Source: Promethearchaeota archaeon | Lineage (GTDB): Archaea > Asgardarchaeota > Lokiarchaeia > Sigyniarchaeales > SOKP01 | DNA: 32,000 bases | Assembly: GCA_030606485.1 (NCBI GenBank) | Contig: JAUWGH010000002.1 | Span: 390,001 to 422,000 of the forward strand | Direction of reading: 5' to 3' | In this document: one piece after another, positions 26,474-32,000 of the stretch | How the letters are laid out: each line of letters starts with the position of its first letter | How positions within the stretch are numbered: the stretch's first letter is position 1 | The notes under the pieces: generated by a model | What the model saw: the letters and a program-made list of their open reading frames with translations, nothing else | The model's database searches: none | What the model was told of the DNA's origin: nothing | Program-made: the position numbers and the translations under genes

Positions 26474-27664
26474 ATGAAATATGCTGAAAGAATGGATCGA
26501 CTGGGATCGGAAACTGCGTTCGAAGTACTCCGACAAATTCAATCTTTCCCAAAAGAAAGACAGGAAAATATTATTTCATTTGCAATAGGAGAACCAGATT
26601 TTAATACTCCTGAGCACATTAAAGAAGCGGGAATTAATGCAATAAAAGAAGATTATACACATTATACACCTTCAGCAGGAATTCCAGAGCTCAGAAAATC
26701 TATTGCTGATTACGTCTCTGAAGAAAAAAATATTTCAATAGGACCAGAGAATATTGTGGTTTATCCGGCTGCGAAAATAATTTTGAGCTTTGCAATCCTT
26801 ACATGCACTAATCCTGGAGATGAAGTTATTTACCCCAATCCTGGATATCCAATATATGAGAGTTTAATTAATGTATTTGGATGTAAACCTATTCCTGCCC
26901 AGTTATGGGAGTATGCTGATTTTAATCATAATACTGATGAGCTCCGAGAGCTCATAACCGATAAGACAAAATTAATTATAACAAATAGCCCTCAAAATCC
27001 TACAGGTTCGATTTTAAATAAAAATAACCTTGAAGCGATTTCGGAAATTGCCTTAGAGAATGATATTTGGATTTTATCAGATGAAATATATTCGAATATG
27101 GTTTATGATAATATAAAATATTACAGTATAGCGGCTGCTCCCGATATGCAGCAAAGAACAATTATTTTAGATGGGTTTTCCAAATTCTTCGCTATGACAG
27201 GGTGGAGACTTGGGTATAGCATAACTAATACAACAATTGCTGAATATTTTGCTAAATGGTCAACAAATATTGTCTCATGTCCTGCTTCATTCACTCAGAT
27301 GGCAGGATTAACCGCAATGTTAGAGGATAAATCTCCGTCATTGGAGATGGTAAGGGAATTTGATAAACGCCGTAATTTAATTTGCGAAAAACTTAATTCT
27401 ATTGATGGAATTTCAGTTCGGAAACCAAAGGGGGCGTTCTATGTGTTTGCGAACGTAACAGAAGCATGCACAAAATTAAGATTAAGAGATTCTTTAGAAT
27501 TCCAGGAATTTTTATTGGAAAAAGCGGATGTGGCAGTATTATCTAGAGATTATTTTGGAACTCGAGCTCCTAAAGAAAATCAGGAATATGTAAGATTTTC
27601 TTATTGTGTTTCTCAAGAGGATATTATTAAAGGAATAGATCGAATACAAGAAGCTGTTGAATAA
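26474..27664 (+). CDS. Class I/II PLP aminotransferase (aspartate aminotransferase-like)
   Basis: IGEPDF, HYT, NSPQNPTG, SDEIY, GFSKFFAMTGWRLG and GAFY motifs. Confidence 0.93.
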   Translation: MKYAERMDRLGSETAFEVLRQIQSFPKERQENIISFAIGEPDFNTPEHIKEAGINAIKEDYTHYTPSAGIPELRKSIADYVSEEKNISIGPENIVVYPAAKIILSFAILTCTNPGDEVIYPNPGYPIYESLINVFGCKPIPAQLWEYADFNHNTDELRELITDKTKLIITNSPQNPTGSILNKNNLEAISEIALENDIWILSDEIYSNMVYDNIKYYSIAAAPDMQQRTIILDGFSKFFAMTGWRLGYSITNTTIAEYFAKWSTNIVSCPASFTQMAGLTAMLEDKSPSLEMVREFDKRRNLICEKLNSIDGISVRKPKGAFYVFANVTEACTKLRLRDSLEFQEFLLEKADVAVLSRDYFGTRAPKENQEYVRFSYCVSQEDIIKGIDRIQEAVE

Positions 27665-27841
27665 ATTTCAGTTTAAAGATTTCACGATAACAAAAAGAGA
27701 GCCCAGATTTAGTTTAAGTAGATTTATATCTAATTTCGTTTTTGACTAATTCAAAAATGTTTTATATTAAAACAATGAATTATTACTTACCATATTTCAT
27801 AAAAATAATTATAACAAAAATCAGTAAAGGAAGATTAAAAA

Positions 27842-28855
27842 ATGAGTATTGATATATCTGATGGTATTGATGAGGGAAATCTAAGAATAAAAGTTTTAAC
27901 AACTAATACAACAATTATAACTTTATTAACTGAGGAAAAATTTAATGGAAAAGTTATCCAACCAGGAACCACTGCTAATAGAGTAGTGGGCGAACATGGA
28001 TTGGCAATGAGTATTGAAGTATTGGAGGGAGATACAACTCATCTTTTTTTATTAGATACCGGAGGGCTAATGCAAACGATAATTGAAAATAGTAAACAGC
28101 TTAATGTAAATTTAAATGAAGCTGAAAAATTAATCTTAAGTCATGGTCATATCGATCATTTTGGTGGATTAATGAAAGTAATTCCAGAACTAAAAGAAGG
28201 ATGCGAGTTTTATTTGAATCCAAACTGCTTTAATCAAAATCATATTGTAATTACTAAATCTGGAGATGAAATTCCTCCCGAAGAATTAGGGATTTCTTTA
28301 AAAAAATTAAATAAAGAAGGAAAACTAAAATTTTATGTAAAATTACCCCTACTTAACAAAAATTTAATAGCCAATCTCGCAAATCAACAAAAAGTAAAAA
28401 TTATTGAAACTATTAAGCCTGAAAAATTATATAATGGTATCACTACGAGCGGCGAAATTGAATTATTTGATAAAAACGAAGTTACATCAGGATTTTATAT
28501 TGAAAAAAGTAGAAAAGAGTTTGAAAAAAATTACTTCAGAGATGAAACATCAATTTATATTAATGTAAAAAATAAAGGCTTAGTTGTTCTTACAGGTTGC
28601 GGGCATTGCGGGATCATAAATACAATAAAACATGGGCAAAAATTAACTGGTATCGATAAGATTTATGCGGTAATCGGGGGATTCCATGAGGAATGGAACT
28701 CGGATGAGATTATTGATAAAAAAGTTAAATATTTTGAAGAGATAAACCCTGAAATTATTTGTGGAATGCATTGCACCGGCTTTAAATTTAATGCAAAAAT
28801 GTCAAAGCATCCAGCTCATTCTCTTGGTATTGTAGGAACTGAATTTCATTTATAA
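27842..28855 (+). CDS. MBL-fold metallo-hydrolase (MJ0448-like family)
   Basis: EHGLA, LDTG, SHGHIDHFGG, TGCGHCG, GGFH and MHCTG motifs. Confidence 0.88.
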   Translation: MSIDISDGIDEGNLRIKVLTTNTTIITLLTEEKFNGKVIQPGTTANRVVGEHGLAMSIEVLEGDTTHLFLLDTGGLMQTIIENSKQLNVNLNEAEKLILSHGHIDHFGGLMKVIPELKEGCEFYLNPNCFNQNHIVITKSGDEIPPEELGISLKKLNKEGKLKFYVKLPLLNKNLIANLANQQKVKIIETIKPEKLYNGITTSGEIELFDKNEVTSGFYIEKSRKEFEKNYFRDETSIYINVKNKGLVVLTGCGHCGIINTIKHGQKLTGIDKIYAVIGGFHEEWNSDEIIDKKVKYFEEINPEIICGMHCTGFKFNAKMSKHPAHSLGIVGTEFHL

Positions 28856-28949
28856 TTTTTTTTTTTATATCAAAAATTTCGATTTAATACTTCAAAAACA
28901 TTTGGATTTTTAGATGAAATATTTCTTTTTAAATTTCTTACTAGATAGT

Positions 28950-29171
28950 ATGAATGTTGGAAAAATAAGTAAGAAAGGTCAAGTTATAATTCCAAAGGAA
29001 ATTAGAGAAAAATTTGGAATTAAACCAGGCGATGCGTTAATTTTCAAAATTCAAGGAAATAAAGTTATCATAGAAAAAATTCAAGAGAAAATGTCAGAAA
29101 TCTTAAAAAACAGCAAACCAATTGAAAATAGTCTTAATTATCAAAGAAAATTAAGAGAGGAATGGGGATGA
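28950..29171 (+). CDS. AbrB/MazE/SpoVT-family antitoxin (VapB-like)
   Basis: KISKKGQVIIPKEIREKFGIKPGD and terminal LREEW; ATG 28950 preferred over the track start. Confidence 0.9.
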   Translation: MNVGKISKKGQVIIPKEIREKFGIKPGDALIFKIQGNKVIIEKIQEKMSEILKNSKPIENSLNYQRKLREEWG

Positions 29172-29203
29172 AGGTTTGTCTTGATATCATATATCAAAAA
29201 TAA
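29168..29203 (+). pseudogene. Stub of a PIN-domain (VapC-like) toxin
   Basis: ATGA overlap with the antitoxin stop; MKVCLD resembles the PIN beta-1/Asp start and the frame stops after 11 codons. Confidence 0.55.
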
Positions 29204-29298
29204 TTTTTTATGAAAAAGATACACTTTAAATAACATTTCTTTTTTCCATCTACTTTAGTTGAATATAATTTAAAAATTATAAATAATTGAATTAATAC

Positions 29299-29769
29299 AT
29301 GGATATTCCAGAAAAATGCCCTGGAAAAGAAGATAAAATTTATACGATAATAAATCTCATTCGACTTGCTATATCTTGCGTGATTTTATATTTTCTTCAC
29401 TGGGGTTTTACAATTGGATTCTTAATTTATTGGATAGTGTTTATTTTTATATTTTTTGATAGATATTTGTGTAATCGATGCATCTATAGATTAGGTAAGG
29501 AATTTGAATCAATACAAGAATATAATGAAAAATATGGTACTGAATTTAAACACCGGTTAATGGTTTCCTTTCCATTTTTATTAATTGATTGGTTTTTCGC
29601 GATTGGTATTGGAATATACATTATTATAATCGATTTTTCATTAATTCTAATTATTTTGCCCTTGATAATAATTCAATTCATATTAACAATGTATAACCTA
29701 ATTTCAACACCAAAAAAACACTGCCCTGAATGTTTATTCCGGGAATACTGCCCAGTATCGAAAAAATAA
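29299..29769 (+). CDS. Hypothetical membrane protein with Cys motifs (CNRC, CPEC-x5-C)
   Basis: About four hydrophobic segments. Confidence 0.7.
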   Translation: MDIPEKCPGKEDKIYTIINLIRLAISCVILYFLHWGFTIGFLIYWIVFIFIFFDRYLCNRCIYRLGKEFESIQEYNEKYGTEFKHRLMVSFPFLLIDWFFAIGIGIYIIIIDFSLILIILPLIIIQFILTMYNLISTPKKHCPECLFREYCPVSKK

Positions 29770-29800
29770 CATAATAGGAATTCTTATATTATGATAGAAA

Positions 29801-30088
29801 TTATAAATTTATCTCAATTAATTCAAAAAGAGAAACCTCATTAACTGTCTTTTTTTCTATCAATTTTTTTAGTTTATTATTTCTTATAAACTGAAAACCA
29901 CTTTCTTGAGCATTTATTATTGCAAATATTAGCCGTTTTGCTGTAGGTAAACTAATAGCATCATTACACTTCACTCTTAACATTTTTCTTATGTCTGTAA
30001 TCGTATAAAGCGTGTTTAATTCTAATTTATGAAATATATCAACCATTCTTTCAATCCAATTTCTCTTAACTTTGTTCTCTTCTGGCAT
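29801..30088 (-). CDS. Hypothetical protein (possible winged helix)
   Basis: 95-aa ORF; helical pattern only. Confidence 0.55.
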   Translation of the reverse strand: MPEENKVKRNWIERMVDIFHKLELNTLYTITDIRKMLRVKCNDAISLPTAKRLIFAIINAQESGFQFIRNNKLKKLIEKKTVNEVSLFELIEINL

Positions 30089-30310
30089 AATAAAAAGAAG
30101 TTTTTAATTATTCTTTATAAAAATATATAGAATAAATACTATAAAAAAGTTACTAAACAAGATCTCTTCTTTGGTTTATAAGACTTTTTCTCTAGTTAAG
30201 GTGATTTTTTCTCGAGTAAAGTAAAGTTTAAATATAAGTTTGTCCACTAAACTTAATGACTATTAACTTTTAATACTACAAAAAAATATTAAAAAAATAA
30301 GATTATTATA

Positions 30311-32000
30311 ATGGAACAGGAAAAAACAATGTTAAAACCTGTAAAACCTCCAATCAAACCTATAGCTGTTAAAGAACCAGCTAAAGTTAAGAAAATAAAA
30401 GAGAAGAAAATAACGATGACATTAGAAAAAAATCTTAAAAGTCTTGTTCATTTTATGGCATTTCCAGGGCCTCGATTAGGTAGGAGCACAATGTATGGTG
30501 AAGCTCCTGAAAAGTATATGCTAGATTCAATAAATTGGATCGGAAGGCACGGCTTTTTTAAAGGAATTGAGATCACCCTCATAAAAGATCACGAGATCCG
30601 ACAGAAAGTTATTAATTTATTAAAAAAATACAAGTTTTACATTACATTTTGCGCTCAACCAATTCAACTAGTTAATGAGGATAATTTAATTGCAGAAACA
30701 GATATTAGTTCAATTGATGAGTTAGAAAGAACTAACGCTGTTAATCGTCTTAAAAGTTATTTAATTGAGGCCTATGAATTTGGAGCAAGTAATTTCTGTT
30801 TTTTAAGCGGTAAGGATCCAGGGACTGAGAATGGATTACGTTTAAGACGACAGGCAACACAATCTTTAATTTGTTCAATTCATGAAATTTGTGTTTATAA
30901 TAAAAGTATTGCTAAAAAATTGAATAAAAAGCCTATGAAAATTACATTGGAAACGTTTGACAGGCTTTCAGAGAATAATTGTAAAAATCAATTGATAGGA
31001 CCTTCTGATGAAGCAAGAGAGCTTGCTGAAATAGTTAGAAACAATTATGGTCATGATATTTTCGGCATTTTATATGATTTGGGTCATATGTTTTTATTAA
31101 GGAGTGGATTTGATCATGAAGAAGTAAATGTATTGCGTTCGCTTGCTCCATATTTAAATTTTATTCATATTGCAAATACAATTATTGACAAGGAACATCC
31201 TCAATATGGCGACTCTCATGTGGGGATGAACCATCCAGATGGAGCTGTAACTTCCGAAGTACTAGCAAATTTTGTAAAAACATTAAATGAGATTAATTAT
31301 AAAAATCCAATTGGTTTTGAGTTTATGCCACAAGGAAGACAATTAAGTGAATCTGTCGTTAATATTGCAGTTGCATCGTATAAGGAAGCAGCTGAACAGA
31401 TTGATGTGAATTATGCTTTAGGGTCATATAGATTTAAGACACGTAGATTTCTTCCTGAAAAGATTTTCTATATGATTACAGATTACAAACTAAGTAAGTA
31501 TGAGGTTATTCGGCAGGAAATGAAAAATCGGCAGAGAAGAGAAAGACCTTGGGGAGAAAATTTGATCATTATAGCTGCAGATCATCCGGCGAGAAGAGTT
31601 ACTCGAGTGGGAGAAAATGATTTAGCGATGGGAGATAGACAACAGTATTTAGGTAGAATTTTGAGAGTTCTAATTCATGACCGAGTTGATGGAGTAATGA
31701 CTACACCAGATATTATGGATGATTTATTTCTGATTAATTATTTATATAAAGAAAATGGTGGGGAATCATTTTTGGATAATAAGATATTGTTGGGATGCAC
31801 TAATCGAGGTGGATTGTCCGGGTCTTCTTACGAAATGGATGATTTATTAACAGCATACACAGTGGAAGATATTATAGAGTGCAATTTAGATGGTGCAAAA
31901 ATGATGTTCAGAATTGATTTAGAAACACGTCAAGCAAGATATAGTCAAAGGACAATTGAAATATGTTCAAAAATCATTAGAGCATGTAATAGAAACAGTA
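30311..32000 (+). CDS. Fusion of a xylose isomerase-like/AP endonuclease 2 TIM barrel and a Cgl0159-like aldolase domain (3' truncated); not in the ORF track
   Basis: Open frame from ATG 30311 to the window end (563 codons, translated by hand). Metal ligands TLETFD, YDLGH, IHIAN and FEF, then AADHPARR, MGDR, VDGVMTTPDI, NRGGLSG and EMDD. Confidence 0.85.
   Translation, partial: MEQEKTMLKPVKPPIKPIAVKEPAKVKKIKEKKITMTLEKNLKSLVHFMAFPGPRLGRSTMYGEAPEKYMLDSINWIGRHGFFKGIEITLIKDHEIRQKVINLLKKYKFYITFCAQPIQLVNEDNLIAETDISSIDELERTNAVNRLKSYLIEAYEFGASNFCFLSGKDPGTENGLRLRRQATQSLICSIHEICVYNKSIAKKLNKKPMKITLETFDRLSENNCKNQLIGPSDEARELAEIVRNNYGHDIFGILYDLGHMFLLRSGFDHEEVNVLRSLAPYLNFIHIANTIIDKEHPQYGDSHVGMNHPDGAVTSEVLANFVKTLNEINYKNPIGFEFMPQGRQLSESVVNIAVASYKEAAEQIDVNYALGSYRFKTRRFLPEKIFYMITDYKLSKYEVIRQEMKNRQRRERPWGENLIIIAADHPARRVTRVGENDLAMGDRQQYLGRILRVLIHDRVDGVMTTPDIMDDLFLINYLYKENGGESFLDNKILLGCTNRGGLSGSSYEMDDLLTAYTVEDIIECNLDGAKMMFRIDLETRQARYSQRTIEICSKIIRACNRNS

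Noticed and set aside
1-32000. CRISPR array, rRNA or IS transposase
   Set aside because: No regularly spaced repeat-spacer array, rRNA-like region or DDE/HUH transposase motif was seen.

Overview
Very AT-rich archaeal window, most likely from an Asgard (Lokiarchaeia-like) genome. The basis is an ESCRT locus (ESCRT-III Vps2/24/46-like, Vps4, Vps25-like, Vps22-like) and an intron-containing archaeal tRNA. Left end (1-~4.8 kb): a decaying, probably integrated element beside the 3' end of tRNA-Gly(GCC). It carries a tyrosine recombinase with one nonsense codon, a broken membrane/zinc-ribbon gene, a ParB fused to a coiled coil with a Rad50-hook-like CPFC motif plus a coupled orphan gene, and two small RHH-like genes. 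The tRNA has a 29-nt intron at the non-canonical 28/29 junction. Next come pfkB (apparent ATT start), a 1.6-kb insert flanked by 160-bp direct repeats, and the ESCRT cluster, where an 8-Cys FYVE-like zinc-finger gene follows ESCRT-III. The rest is housekeeping: NIP7, NOP2/RsmB, CYTH, HD, hypC, a surface beta-propeller/TSP3 protein beside a relic 3' end of the neighbouring NDP-sugar gene, an SIS protein, a DUF1015-serA-class V aminotransferase cluster, an AspC-like aminotransferase, an MBL hydrolase, toxin-antitoxin relics, and a truncated TIM-barrel isomerase/Cgl0159-like aldolase fusion. All family calls come from motif recognition by eye; no database searches were run.
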